Virus record (IMG/VR): IMGVR_UViG_3300044491_002068
Coordinates: 1 to 64,000 of that record
Reading direction: 5' to 3' (one strand)
Source: a virus
Length of the DNA stretch: 64,000 nucleotides
Each line of letters begins with the position of its first letter. Positions within the stretch are counted from its first letter, which is position 1. Shown here piece by piece: positions 27,300 to 36,167 of the stretch. The position numbers and the translations under genes were made by a program. The notes under the pieces are model-generated. The model was given only the letters and a program-made list of their open reading frames with translations, was not told the origin of the DNA and searched no databases.

Positions 27300-27605
27300 T
27301 CACAAGAACTCTACGAGAACATCTGTCAAAACCCCACCAGAATCAGTGAGAGTAACTTTATCAATTTCTATTTGGTCCGCAGTATAAAATTCAGTAAAGT
27401 CGTCAAAGAACTTACCTGTATCAAATGTTGCGAAAGTAGGCTCTTCTATGCCGAACCGTGGGAAGATATCCCGCTCGCCTGACACGGTACGAATAAATCC
27501 CTTAACCTGTTCTGCCTTGTACGTATCAGTATCAGACCATACAACCTCTGCACGCCTGTTTACTGAGTCAATCCTAAACGGATATGAAAGAACGTATTCT
27601 GCCAC
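27300..27605 (-). CDS. Baseplate wedge subunit (gp25/gpW-like)
   Basis: LSYPFRI...T..GER...P.FGI.EPTF motif; directly upstream of baseplate J. Confidence 0.8.
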   Translation of the reverse strand: MAEYVLSYPFRIDSVNRRAEVVWSDTDTYKAEQVKGFIRTVSGERDIFPRFGIEEPTFATFDTGKFFDDFTEFYTADQIEIDKVTLTDSGGVLTDVLVEFL

Positions 27606-27665
27606 GATAAGCCTCCAATAAAACCCTACATATACATTCTACCGAAAATGTTGGGGGTCTCTCAA

Positions 27666-27995
27666 CTACTCGGAGGTAACAGCGTCGTACCAGTCAGAAA
27701 AGTGGGGGTCGTACCTAGGTATCATGTTGAACTCAACTAAGTCAATATCCCATGAACTACCAGACATTGCCCAAGCGATTTCTATGCTGTCAGAAGCCGG
27801 AACAACACCGTGGTTAGACTCAAGCCCGTAGACATTTATAAAATGATTTACTAGGCACGACTCTATCCCAGAGTGGTAGCACGGAGAGTCTTGTACAGCA
27901 CCGTGTGGACAAATACTGGGAGAAACGTCAATAGTTGTCTTGTTAACAGTCAAAACAATTCTGTGACCGTCAACATTCCATTCTAAGTCTTTCAT
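27666..27995 (-). CDS. Hypothetical protein
   Basis: 109-aa ORF with Cys/His cluster (CPH...CYH...C). Confidence 0.7.
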   Translation of the reverse strand: MKDLEWNVDGHRIVLTVNKTTIDVSPSICPHGAVQDSPCYHSGIESCLVNHFINVYGLESNHGVVPASDSIEIAWAMSGSSWDIDLVEFNMIPRYDPHFSDWYDAVTSE

Positions 27996-28168
27996 TACTC
28001 TGAAATGGGTTCAGTTGGGACACTTACATCCTGCAACTGTGTATTCAGTGCCTCAGCAACTTTTGTTGCAACTTCCAAACTGGCCTTTAGCCTTACGTTT
28101 TCCTCTTTCAATTGAACAAATTCTTTCCAAACTACGTTCAAAAGATGGCTATCGTCATACTCAAACAT
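27995..28168 (-). CDS. Small coiled-coil protein (57 aa)
   Basis: MFEYDDSHLLNVVWKEFVQLKEENVRLKASLEVA...; TAATG-coupled at both ends; missed by ORF track. Confidence 0.65.
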   Translation of the reverse strand: MFEYDDSHLLNVVWKEFVQLKEENVRLKASLEVATKVAEALNTQLQDVSVPTEPISE

Positions 28169-28512
28169 TATCTAGTTACCTCTAACGCTAAAATAAAATT
28201 ACCTTCTACTACACGCTCCACAGTACCACCGGAATCCTCAATTTCAAGGTCGTACACGCCCCCTTCTGCCAATGCAGCGGTTTCAGTTGCGCTAAGACTT
28301 AAATTAATTTCACCATCGGCAGTCGTAGAAATACGACCGTTCCCTGTAGTTAGTTCAATTAGCGTCCCAGCCGAAGCGACTGTGCGCCGAACCTGCATAC
28401 GGGCGGTATACGAACTCAAGTCACGCAAACTACCACTAGCGTCACTAACTACAAGGGTACGTGAGAACGTAGCACCCTGTTCGCAAGTAATGTCGTACGC
28501 ACCAGCACTCAT
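28168..28512 (-). CDS. Ig-like (BppU N-terminal-like) structural protein
   Basis: Start MSAGAYDITCEQGATF after AGGAGG; DLSSYTARMQVRR, YDLEI, VTR end. Confidence 0.8.
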   Translation of the reverse strand: MSAGAYDITCEQGATFSRTLVVSDASGSLRDLSSYTARMQVRRTVASAGTLIELTTGNGRISTTADGEINLSLSATETAALAEGGVYDLEIEDSGGTVERVVEGNFILALEVTR

Positions 28513-28561
28513 AATAAGACCTCCTGACTTATATTTTAGCAAAAGGCGGTCAGCGCAAACT

Positions 28562-28711
28562 TTACTCGCCGTCTTTACCTTCAAGGGCATTTGAGTCCTG
28601 CTGAGCCTGCTTAAGTGCGGCACGAAGCACAGAGTTATTTATTGTCAACTGCTTAATCTGCTCAAGCAAATCATTAATAACAGCGTTTGGGTCAACGTTC
28701 ATATCATTCAT
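28562..28711 (-). CDS. Small coiled-coil protein (49 aa)
   Basis: MNDMNVDPNAVINDLLEQIKQLTINNSVLRAAL; start trimmed to lie just after the upstream stop. Confidence 0.6.
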   Translation of the reverse strand: MNDMNVDPNAVINDLLEQIKQLTINNSVLRAALKQAQQDSNALEGKDGE

Positions 28712-28713
28712 GT

Positions 28714-29268
28714 TTATATGATACCTTTCTCTAAGTTTGTTGTCAAGCCAGTCCACCATGCAGGAGCAGGTCTGCCCTTCTCCCACTTGGCGAACTCAGC
28801 CTTGTCTATTATATAAAATTCTCTGTAAATGTCAATTGATTGACTTAGCGGAGCATGCTTAAAACCTAGACGCTCGTGAAAATCGTCACCGACACACAAA
28901 GCAATATCAGTTAACCTGCCAGTAGGAATGAAATCTACTGAGGCTACAATTTTATCTAACTGCTTTAAACAGGCGTGTTCTTTGTTAAACCTAAAGTCAA
29001 ACTCTTCACACAAAGAAACGGCGTGGTCGAACAACCACGTAAAGTTCTCGGAAGTCTCACCTGCCCATACCGTGCTGGGGTGATTAGCGTACCCTCCACG
29101 GTGGGGAGTACCTTTAGTAGTCAAAGGGACATCGCTATCTGTGGCACCGTGTCTACGTAATGCGGACACCAGCATCTGTACACTTTCGACCGCCATTTTG
29201 TTTACATGTTTATCACATAGGCTTTGGGCGGAAACCGTTGGGTCTTCATCTACTACAAAAATGTTCAT
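28714..29268 (-). CDS. Pyrimidine-dimer DNA glycosylase / endonuclease V (DenV-like family)
   Basis: True start MNIFVVDEDP after GAAAGGAG; CDKHVNKM.VE..QML, NHPSTVW, YREFY..DK, PAWW. Confidence 0.8.
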   Translation of the reverse strand: MNIFVVDEDPTVSAQSLCDKHVNKMAVESVQMLVSALRRHGATDSDVPLTTKGTPHRGGYANHPSTVWAGETSENFTWLFDHAVSLCEEFDFRFNKEHACLKQLDKIVASVDFIPTGRLTDIALCVGDDFHERLGFKHAPLSQSIDIYREFYIIDKAEFAKWEKGRPAPAWWTGLTTNLEKGII

Positions 29269-29283
29269 AATGCTCCTTTCTAG

Positions 29284-29357
29284 TACCCCCGGTGGGACTT
29301 GAACCCACACTGTAGGCGTTTTAAGCGCCCTTTCTCTGCCAATTGGAATACGGGGGC
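29284..29357 (-). tRNA. tRNA-Leu (anticodon UAA), short variable loop, CCA not encoded
   Basis: GCCCCCG/CGGGGGT acceptor stem, D-loop with GG, anticodon arm GGGCG-CTTAAAA-CGCCT, T arm GTGGG-TTCAAGT-CCCAC, discriminator A. Confidence 0.92.
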
Positions 29358-29391
29358 GAGAGTTACGGGTAATGCGTTTGCCGTTTGCTAG

Positions 29392-29420
29392 AGTATACCA
29401 TAGGCCCCAAACAAAGTCAA
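29392..29420 (-). promoter_or_regulatory. Sigma70-type promoter for the tRNA-Leu/glycosylase unit
   Basis: TTGACT-17 nt-TATACT with extended TG. Confidence 0.75.
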
Positions 29421-29429
29421 GGAGAAACG

Positions 29430-29930
29430 ATGCCAAAAATTAGAACTTGGACAGAACAACAATTACGGGATGCTTGCCAATGTAGCATGTCTATCCGTAA
29501 TGTACTTAAAGAACTCAACCTGCAACCCACTGGCGGCAACTACAAAAACATCAAAAGCCACATCAAGTCGTTTGGCATTGATATTGAGCATTTCACAGGA
29601 CAAGGGCACCTTAAAGGTAAAACCCACACATGGTCACCGAAACGACCACTGGAAGAAATTCTAGTCAAACACTCCACTTACACCAACACTAATCACCTCA
29701 AGAATCGCCTTTTCGCTGAAGAAGTTTTCCAGCATAAGTGCTATCAATGTGAGCGGACAGAATGGAATGGACAGCCAATCCCTACCGAGTTAGAACACAT
29801 CAACGGCGTCAATACGGACAACCGGCTAGAGAACCTAACTATCCTGTGTCCAAACTGCCACGCTCAAACTGATACCTACCGGGGCAAGAACATAGGTAAG
29901 TGCAAGTTCAATCTTCAGAATCATCACTGA
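29430..29930 (+). CDS. Free-standing HNH endonuclease (putative homing endonuclease)
   Basis: CYQC...ELEHING...DNRLENLTILCPNCH; AAGGAG RBS before ATG 29430; opposite strand to all neighbours. Confidence 0.88.
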   Translation: MPKIRTWTEQQLRDACQCSMSIRNVLKELNLQPTGGNYKNIKSHIKSFGIDIEHFTGQGHLKGKTHTWSPKRPLEEILVKHSTYTNTNHLKNRLFAEEVFQHKCYQCERTEWNGQPIPTELEHINGVNTDNRLENLTILCPNCHAQTDTYRGKNIGKCKFNLQNHH

Positions 29931-30831
29931 ACGCCCACGCCACTCCAGATGAAGGATGACGCAACCTTGCGATAGCCTTAGCCTCCAACTGTCGTACACG
30001 TTCACGGGTCAAGCCCATAGTGTCACCAATCTCTTGCAAAGTCATGGCGGACCGCTGTCCTGCTAAACCGTGGTGCATTACGAGAACATTGTACTCTCGC
30101 TGTGGGAGTACCGACAATGCTTTCAGTATGTCTGCCGCAAAACTATTCTCCAACCCAACGTCTTCAACTAGAGGTTGACTAGGATCAACAAGTGTATCGG
30201 CATGAGAAACAGAACTATCTTCCGAAAGGGGATTGTCTAAAGAGTCAAGTCGTGTGTTGTCCATATATCCCCAAATCTCATCTAACTTATCGTCGTCCCA
30301 ATCTAGAAACTCAGCAATCTCATCTCTGGTAGCCGGAATTTCTCGCATTTCAAACTCATCTACAACTGCAGCCAACTTACGCACATCAGCCTCAACATGC
30401 ATAGGTAGACGTATAGCACGCCCAAAGTTGGCTATAGCCCGCTGACACGCCTGACGGCACCACCATGTTGCATACGTAGAAAACTTGAAACCTCGCTCCG
30501 GGTCGAACTTGTCCACAGCACGCATCAAGCCAATTGTGGCCTCTTGGATCAAATCCTCGTACTCCATACGTGATTGTGACCTAGCATACCTAGCCGCAGT
30601 GTCCATGGCTAACCTCAAGTTGTGTTCAACAAACGTATCCTTAGCCCGCTTTCCCTCTCGCACAGACGCATTCAACTTACGGCGTTCAGCAAACTCTAGT
30701 TTGATTCCCTCAATGTGGGCATGGTTTAATTCTTTTTGTGCTTTCAGACCTTCGCTGACAGCACGCCCTAACACCACCTCTTCTTCACGGGTTAAAATCT
30801 TGTGTTTTGAACTTTGCTTGTAACCTGACAT
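29908..30831 (-). CDS. RNA polymerase sigma70-family factor (RpoD/SigA-like regions 1.2-4)
   Basis: ILTREEE..L, HNLRL, DLIQEATIGLMRAVDKFDPERGFKFSTYATWW.RQ, RAIRLP.H, TLQEIG...GLTRERVRQLE. Start likely MSGYK (30831). Confidence 0.95.
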   Translation of the reverse strand: MSGYKQSSKHKILTREEEVVLGRAVSEGLKAQKELNHAHIEGIKLEFAERRKLNASVREGKRAKDTFVEHNLRLAMDTAARYARSQSRMEYEDLIQEATIGLMRAVDKFDPERGFKFSTYATWWCRQACQRAIANFGRAIRLPMHVEADVRKLAAVVDEFEMREIPATRDEIAEFLDWDDDKLDEIWGYMDNTRLDSLDNPLSEDSSVSHADTLVDPSQPLVEDVGLENSFAADILKALSVLPQREYNVLVMHHGLAGQRSAMTLQEIGDTMGLTRERVRQLEAKAIARLRHPSSGVAWAFSDDSED

Positions 30832-30832
30832 A

Positions 30833-31045
30833 TTACTTACCCTTTCTGTAGTTGGACGGATGGCGTGAAATTGCCTCTTCTCGTTCCCAGTCGTATACAC
30901 GGTTATTGCGGGTATATACCCGTATAGGGCGTGGTGTAGACGTATTTACTGTGATTCCATCCGAATAACCGGTCTGCCGCCTACTAAACCTTGCTGGCAT
31001 AGATAAGTTTTGTAAGTAAATATAGAGTTTTGTAATTAAATTCAT
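30833..31045 (-). CDS. Small hypothetical protein
   Basis: AGGAG RBS 7 nt before ATG; fills the gap between polymerase and sigma, ending 1 nt before the sigma ATG. Confidence 0.55.
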   Translation of the reverse strand: MNLITKLYIYLQNLSMPARFSRRQTGYSDGITVNTSTPRPIRVYTRNNRVYDWEREEAISRHPSNYRKGK

Positions 31046-31066
31046 AGTTTTGCTCCTAACGTGTGT

Positions 31067-33001
31067 TTAAAATTCGAACTCTGTGGTACCGAAAAGCGTG
31101 TTCTTTAACTTATCGTCACCGTACTTTAGTCTGTCTTCGTCTGTAAGATCAACTACAGCGTGTTCCCCTTCTGTATATAACGTGCCCCAAGAGTCTCCCC
31201 CAAGGTCGGGCTCGGTAGAAATATGGACATCTTTAAGAATCATTTCCATTGTGACGCCTGCTTCTCGGCATAATTCCTCCGCTTGGCCTTCTGGGAAACT
31301 AAACAAGATTTCGTCATGAATAGGCAGGACAGCATAATCCCACAATCCTGCGTCGGCCACCTTAATCATAGCACGCCCAAGCACGTCTCTGGCCGTAGAC
31401 TGAATGCAGTAGTTCAAAGCAGCGTACGGTCGCTCACTATCAACAGGAAGTTTGCGCCCAGTGTGCGTAATAACATAGTTTCGTATGCCCTTTTTAACTG
31501 GATACGCAAGTTTATGTGAAAACTCTGTCACACCCTTGTAGGTATCATCGAACAAATCGCACACTTTCTGTGCTTCCTCAACAGAAAGACCTGATTGTCT
31601 AGCCAATGTCTTAGGGCCAGCCCCATAAACCTTACCGAAGTTAACTGTCTTAGCGATCTTACGAGTCACACCAGTACTATCCGCTGTAGTCTGATGCAGA
31701 TCAGCACCTTCTTTGAAAACGCTAAGCATAACAGGGTCCTGCGACAAAGCGGCCAATACTCTAAGTTCCACGCCAGAAAAGTCAATTGAAGCCATTCTGC
31801 ATCCCTGCTCAGCAATAAACATACGACGTATAGCATCGCCACCTGAAGGTAACTGCTGTAAAGGAGGGTTATTTATAGACATACGACCAGTTCTGGCCTG
31901 CAGGCTATTTATCTTAGGATGCACTCTACCGTTAGAATCCATAGACTCTAGCGAGGCCACAACGTAACTATCCCTCCACTTTGCGCTGTTTTTAGCACTC
32001 ATAACAGAACTCGCCAATGTGCAAGCAGTGCCGTAAGACTCATCAGCAGCAATTGCGCTAAGAATAGTTTTATCAACCTTTAAAGCGCCGCTAGGTGTGG
32101 TTTCTAACAGTTTGACCCCTAGTCGCTGAAGTGCCTCCGCCACATCCTTAGTTGCATTATGATTATTTACACCAAACGACTTAACAACACCAATATGGTG
32201 CTTTTCCTCATAGGTCATCTGCTCAATCAAAGACTCTGCGTAAGGAACATCAATTAACATACCCCTGCGTTCCATCGACGCCACAAGTCGCAATATCTGA
32301 TGCTCATATTTAACCAAATGGTCCATGGTTTGACGCTTAATCTCATCCCTCAACTTAGGGAACAACCTTGCAGTTAAAATTACATCCATCCCAGCATAGT
32401 GCACTAGTGTAGGATGTGCAGCAGGTATGTTTAACCACCCCTGCTGAACAGACCACTTATTTTCCTTAAATAAGTTTTTCAAAGCGGCATCAGAATCCGG
32501 CGCTGACTTATCAACGTGGTGCGCCGCCAAATTCTTGAGACCATGACCTACACCGCCCTCAGAACGGTTTCGTGGATCGGCAAGGTGCGCTAGAATCTTT
32601 GTGTCAAACGTACGCTCTAACAGTTTTATGGCATCTACATGTCCGTGCCTATCTAAGCCCAATGCGTCAAAGGATGCGTTGTGCGCTAATAGTCGGCACT
32701 TTGTTTCACGCATAACAATGTCAATCGACTTTTGAAACCACGGTTCTTGCCAAATAAAAACGTAAGCAGCATCACGGTCACCCCATTGGATGCTCTTAAT
32801 CTCCCATCCGGGTGAGTAAGTGTCAAGACCTGTAGCCTCAATGTCATACGCTATAGGACGGTTCCCGCTAAACAACCAGTCCCTGAAATCAGCAAACTGC
32901 TCGTCAGAGCGAACAAGCGTCACAGTGCCTAAAGAATTGTCATGCACGCTAGAGGAATGTAGCCAGTCGTCAAAAAGTGTGATAGAGTCGTTTGTCACCA
33001 T
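31067..33001 (-). CDS. polA: Family A DNA polymerase (3'-5' exonuclease + polymerase)
   Basis: YDIEATG, AHNASFD, RTGRMS...PPLQQLP, motif A DFSGVELR, motif B RKIAKTVNFGKVYG, motif C IHDE. Confidence 0.96.
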   Translation of the reverse strand: MVTNDSITLFDDWLHSSSVHDNSLGTVTLVRSDEQFADFRDWLFSGNRPIAYDIEATGLDTYSPGWEIKSIQWGDRDAAYVFIWQEPWFQKSIDIVMRETKCRLLAHNASFDALGLDRHGHVDAIKLLERTFDTKILAHLADPRNRSEGGVGHGLKNLAAHHVDKSAPDSDAALKNLFKENKWSVQQGWLNIPAAHPTLVHYAGMDVILTARLFPKLRDEIKRQTMDHLVKYEHQILRLVASMERRGMLIDVPYAESLIEQMTYEEKHHIGVVKSFGVNNHNATKDVAEALQRLGVKLLETTPSGALKVDKTILSAIAADESYGTACTLASSVMSAKNSAKWRDSYVVASLESMDSNGRVHPKINSLQARTGRMSINNPPLQQLPSGGDAIRRMFIAEQGCRMASIDFSGVELRVLAALSQDPVMLSVFKEGADLHQTTADSTGVTRKIAKTVNFGKVYGAGPKTLARQSGLSVEEAQKVCDLFDDTYKGVTEFSHKLAYPVKKGIRNYVITHTGRKLPVDSERPYAALNYCIQSTARDVLGRAMIKVADAGLWDYAVLPIHDEILFSFPEGQAEELCREAGVTMEMILKDVHISTEPDLGGDSWGTLYTEGEHAVVDLTDEDRLKYGDDKLKNTLFGTTEFEF

Positions 33002-34011
33002 AGATTAGAGTCAAGTATATCATGCGGAGCCGATTCACGCAACCCCGCAGGAGAAATTTGTATGAATCCTGCCTTTGATTGAAATTCTTTTAATGTAGAA
33101 GCACCAACATAACTACATGCAGACTTGATACCCTTAAGAATGGTATCAACAACATCACTAGCAGGGCCCTTAACGGGCACTGATGAAGCAACCCCCTCAG
33201 GATATGCTGAGCCTGCGTCTGCTGAAGCCATACCACGATGCTCCTTAACTACGGTACCATCAGGTAAAGTAACACGCTTTCCCGGTGCCTCGGTAGTACC
33301 TGCCAGCATGTTGCCAATCATTACAGCGTCGGCACCTGCGGCAAGCGCCTTAGCGGCATCCCCCGGAACCTTAATACCGCCGTCAGCAATAACACTGATA
33401 CCACAGCGGTCAGCGGCATCTGCACATTGTTCAATTGCAGTCAACTGTGGAATACCTACCCCTGCAACTACACGAGTCGAACACACACTGCCCGGACCAA
33501 TCCCAACCTTTACGGCGTCGGCACCTGCGGAGGCAAAGTCTTCAACAGCACGCTGAGTTGCAACGTTACCGCCTACAAACGTAGCCTCGTGGTCTATCCC
33601 AGAAATAACGTATTTAATGGCGTTTAAGGCGTGGGCACTATGACCATGAGCAATGTCCAGAACAAGAATCTTAGTTTTCCACCTATTGGCTTCAGAAATA
33701 ACAACATCTAAATCCTCATTTACACCGAAAGCAACCGCTGACCTTACTGTCCTGCCTGCCACACTACCAAACCTCTCAGTCAGGGGAATGTTTCGGTGGA
33801 CAACACCAAACCCACCAAGAGCATCTATAGTTCCAGCCATCTCAGGCCCACAAACTGTGTCCATATTTGCAGCAATGATAGGAATACGCATTTTTGCTTT
33901 TCCAACAGATGTAGAAAGATCGACGTTCGACCTACTACGAACCTCAGAGTACTGCGGTACTAGCAAAACATCGTCAAACGTAAGTCCCTTGAGATTAATT
34001 ATGTTCATCAT
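32995..34011 (-). CDS. IMP dehydrogenase / GMP reductase family enzyme, no CBS domains
   Basis: [52 protein letters not shown]. Confidence 0.92.
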   Translation of the reverse strand: MMNIINLKGLTFDDVLLVPQYSEVRSRSNVDLSTSVGKAKMRIPIIAANMDTVCGPEMAGTIDALGGFGVVHRNIPLTERFGSVAGRTVRSAVAFGVNEDLDVVISEANRWKTKILVLDIAHGHSAHALNAIKYVISGIDHEATFVGGNVATQRAVEDFASAGADAVKVGIGPGSVCSTRVVAGVGIPQLTAIEQCADAADRCGISVIADGGIKVPGDAAKALAAGADAVMIGNMLAGTTEAPGKRVTLPDGTVVKEHRGMASADAGSAYPEGVASSVPVKGPASDVVDTILKGIKSACSYVGASTLKEFQSKAGFIQISPAGLRESAPHDILDSNLW

Positions 34012-34237
34012 AGCGGCTCACCTTTGCCTTTCTAACATTATAGTTTTCTGTAATGTGCCTACGCACGTCTCGGTATTCTCCTTTATCATCATAACAAAAT
34101 GCCTCTAGTTCTCCGCTAGCATTGCTTAAGATGCACAAGTCGTTGTCGTAGCAGGCATACCATGTCATGCCGTCACCACTAACAAGAAGACGCTCGGGAA
34201 TGCGGGCATACAAAGTTTGTATTAAATCAGTAGCCAT
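33995..34237 (-). CDS. Hypothetical protein
   Basis: Trimmed to MATDLIQ (34237), just after the exonuclease stop. Confidence 0.55.
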   Translation of the reverse strand: MATDLIQTLYARIPERLLVSGDGMTWYACYDNDLCILSNASGELEAFCYDDKGEYRDVRRHITENYNVRKAKVSRYDEHN

Positions 34238-34241
34238 TAGA

Positions 34242-35000
34242 TCATGGAACAATTTTTGGGCGTTCAATACTGTCGGCCATTCTCGTACGAGACCAAGCAC
34301 TACAGTCATTACACTGCCACTGTTGATAGGCCGCAACCTGTGTGTACCGTCGCCCACGTCGCTGAAGACGAGCAGAACCACACGTTGGGCAATTGTTTTC
34401 ACCACTGTAAATGTTTAAATTAGGGTGGTTAGTCATCCACGGTCTCAACTTCATGTAAACTTTTCTAAGCAAGTCAACGTCCTGTTTGGCGTACTTCACC
34501 ATCAACTTCCAAAACTTCATGTCACCACGCATACACCCAGCCCACGTCTCAAAACCTCCTGTATCCACCTTTCGGCCAAGTCCCAAGTGCTGGCCAAGAT
34601 GGTCAAGTTTGTTACTGTTGAACATAAAATAACGCTTAGCAACTTTAAGGGTATCGACCTGTTTAACAGGCGAGATAGGGCCAAGTCCGTGGGAAACGAA
34701 ACGTGCGTTAGCCTTACGCATATCAAATCGATCACCGTTATGGGCAACAATAATATCTGCCTCATCTAGAAGGTCCCACAACTTCTTAACTACATGAAAG
34801 TCATTCTCAGGGTCCTTGCGGTAGTCTTCAGGGAAATCCACCAAAGAAGTCACATGTGTCTTCTTCTCGTGCTCCCAACGATAGGACACACAAAGCATGT
34901 ACCACTCTCGTTCGTGATCAATCACGTTCTGCTCATACTGCCCCCAAACGTAACTCAAGTTTGGTGCAGTCTCAATGTCGTAGTATAGTATTTTAGCCAT
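34242..35000 (-). CDS. RNase H-like DEDD 3'-5' exonuclease with C-terminal Zn ribbon
   Basis: YDIET, AHNGDRFD, SNKLD, YAKQDV, CPTCGS...CNDC. Confidence 0.88.
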   Translation of the reverse strand: MAKILYYDIETAPNLSYVWGQYEQNVIDHEREWYMLCVSYRWEHEKKTHVTSLVDFPEDYRKDPENDFHVVKKLWDLLDEADIIVAHNGDRFDMRKANARFVSHGLGPISPVKQVDTLKVAKRYFMFNSNKLDHLGQHLGLGRKVDTGGFETWAGCMRGDMKFWKLMVKYAKQDVDLLRKVYMKLRPWMTNHPNLNIYSGENNCPTCGSARLQRRGRRYTQVAAYQQWQCNDCSAWSRTRMADSIERPKIVP

Positions 35001-35031
35001 AATGAATCAGTAGCAAGTATAACACACAGTG

Positions 35032-35274
35032 TCAGAGAATGCAAGCCTTTAAGCGCTTAATGTCATCAATTTCTGATAACTTCTCTCCAGCGTAAAAGTA
35101 TGTACGCCTGCTTTTCCTTTCTTTCTGTAAGATGTTTTCTTTTACCAGTCTATCTAAAGCACGCCAAACATGCTGATATCGGATGCCGAGCATATCGGCA
35201 ATTTGTTTCTGTGTCATCTCAGGGTTTTCAAGCACGGCAAGTAAAACCCTCGCATTAGCCGTCAGAATCCTCAT
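35032..35274 (-). CDS. Winged-helix HTH DNA-binding protein
   Basis: NPEMTQKQIADMLGI....V..AL.RLV....L.K.R..RRT.Y. Confidence 0.8.
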   Translation of the reverse strand: MRILTANARVLLAVLENPEMTQKQIADMLGIRYQHVWRALDRLVKENILQKERKSRRTYFYAGEKLSEIDDIKRLKACIL

Positions 35275-35770
35275 CGAACGTCATCGACTCCATAACTGAT
35301 AATGACACATCCATTTCCTTGATAAGTGCCTCAAGCCTAGAAATATTTTCTAAGGCTACACCTAATTTTCCGAATGTCTCAGACAGTACACTTGTGAGGT
35401 AAATAATTTTTTCTTCAGTATTTTTGATGCCATGGACCGACTCCATAACTTCAAAGTCTTGAACATCGTACTTTGCTACAGCATCACGCACCATTATCCG
35501 GTACTTGCCAACTACGGGAGCATACCTACTGTCCCGTGCCGCAAGATTAAGTAGAAGACTTTCAAAGTTATTACCAATGCTGATTACGTTATCGTCTAAT
35601 GTTACGTAACCTTCGGCAACTAACTGTCGCAGGGCGCTGTACACCCACTTCTCGTTCGTACGGAAAACACCATCTTTGGCTATCAGCAGTTCTATGGCAC
35701 GAAGTGTGTTATCGCTGCCGCTCGGTAAAGGAAGGCTCACCGCCTTAGAAGAAACAACTTTTCTTTCCAT
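35255..35770 (-). CDS. Hypothetical protein
   Basis: 171-aa ORF preceded by a leaderless-type promoter. Confidence 0.7.
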   Translation of the reverse strand: MERKVVSSKAVSLPLPSGSDNTLRAIELLIAKDGVFRTNEKWVYSALRQLVAEGYVTLDDNVISIGNNFESLLLNLAARDSRYAPVVGKYRIMVRDAVAKYDVQDFEVMESVHGIKNTEEKIIYLTSVLSETFGKLGVALENISRLEALIKEMDVSLSVMESMTFDEDSDG

Positions 35771-35776
35771 GCTCGT

Positions 35777-35805
35777 ATACTATACGATTATGGTTACCAA
35801 GTCAA
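35777..35805 (-). promoter_or_regulatory. Sigma70-type promoter, leaderless geometry
   Basis: TTGACT-17-TAGTAT-6 nt-ATG. Confidence 0.65.
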
Positions 35806-35807
35806 GT

Positions 35808-36167
35808 CTATCGCTTACCGCCGTAATACGGGGAACCATGACCGTTGTCGATAATATCGTCATTCAAACACTTAGTCATATTCTCATCGGCATAAATATA
35901 ACCTAGAATGCGGCCATACTTACCGCTACCGTCTTTAAGTGTCTTAACATAAACAGAGTCCAGCGCCGCTAACCAGTCGTAAACAAACGCTTTAGCAGCC
36001 ATTCCTAACTCTTTTTCCTCCAAGTCACGAGTACGTGTCTCGGGAGTGTTAACGCCATGTAATCTGATGCGGGCAGTATATGAAACATCGAAGCCAAGAT
36101 CAATCACAAGGTCGATAGTGTCTCCATCAACAATGCGATCAACCTTGGCTTCATAAAAATATTTCAT
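35808..36167 (-). CDS. Thermonuclease (SNase-like) family nuclease
   Basis: VDRIVDGDTID, RIRLHGVNTPE, GKYGRILG, Y.GG.R; start MKYFY is TAATG-coupled. Confidence 0.88.
   Translation of the reverse strand: MKYFYEAKVDRIVDGDTIDLVIDLGFDVSYTARIRLHGVNTPETRTRDLEEKELGMAAKAFVYDWLAALDSVYVKTLKDGSGKYGRILGYIYADENMTKCLNDDIIDNGHGSPYYGGKR

Noticed and set aside
29269-29436. 56-aa N-terminal extension of the glycosylase ORF
   Set aside because: Runs through the tRNA and its promoter; the family start MNIF with a strong RBS is at 29268.
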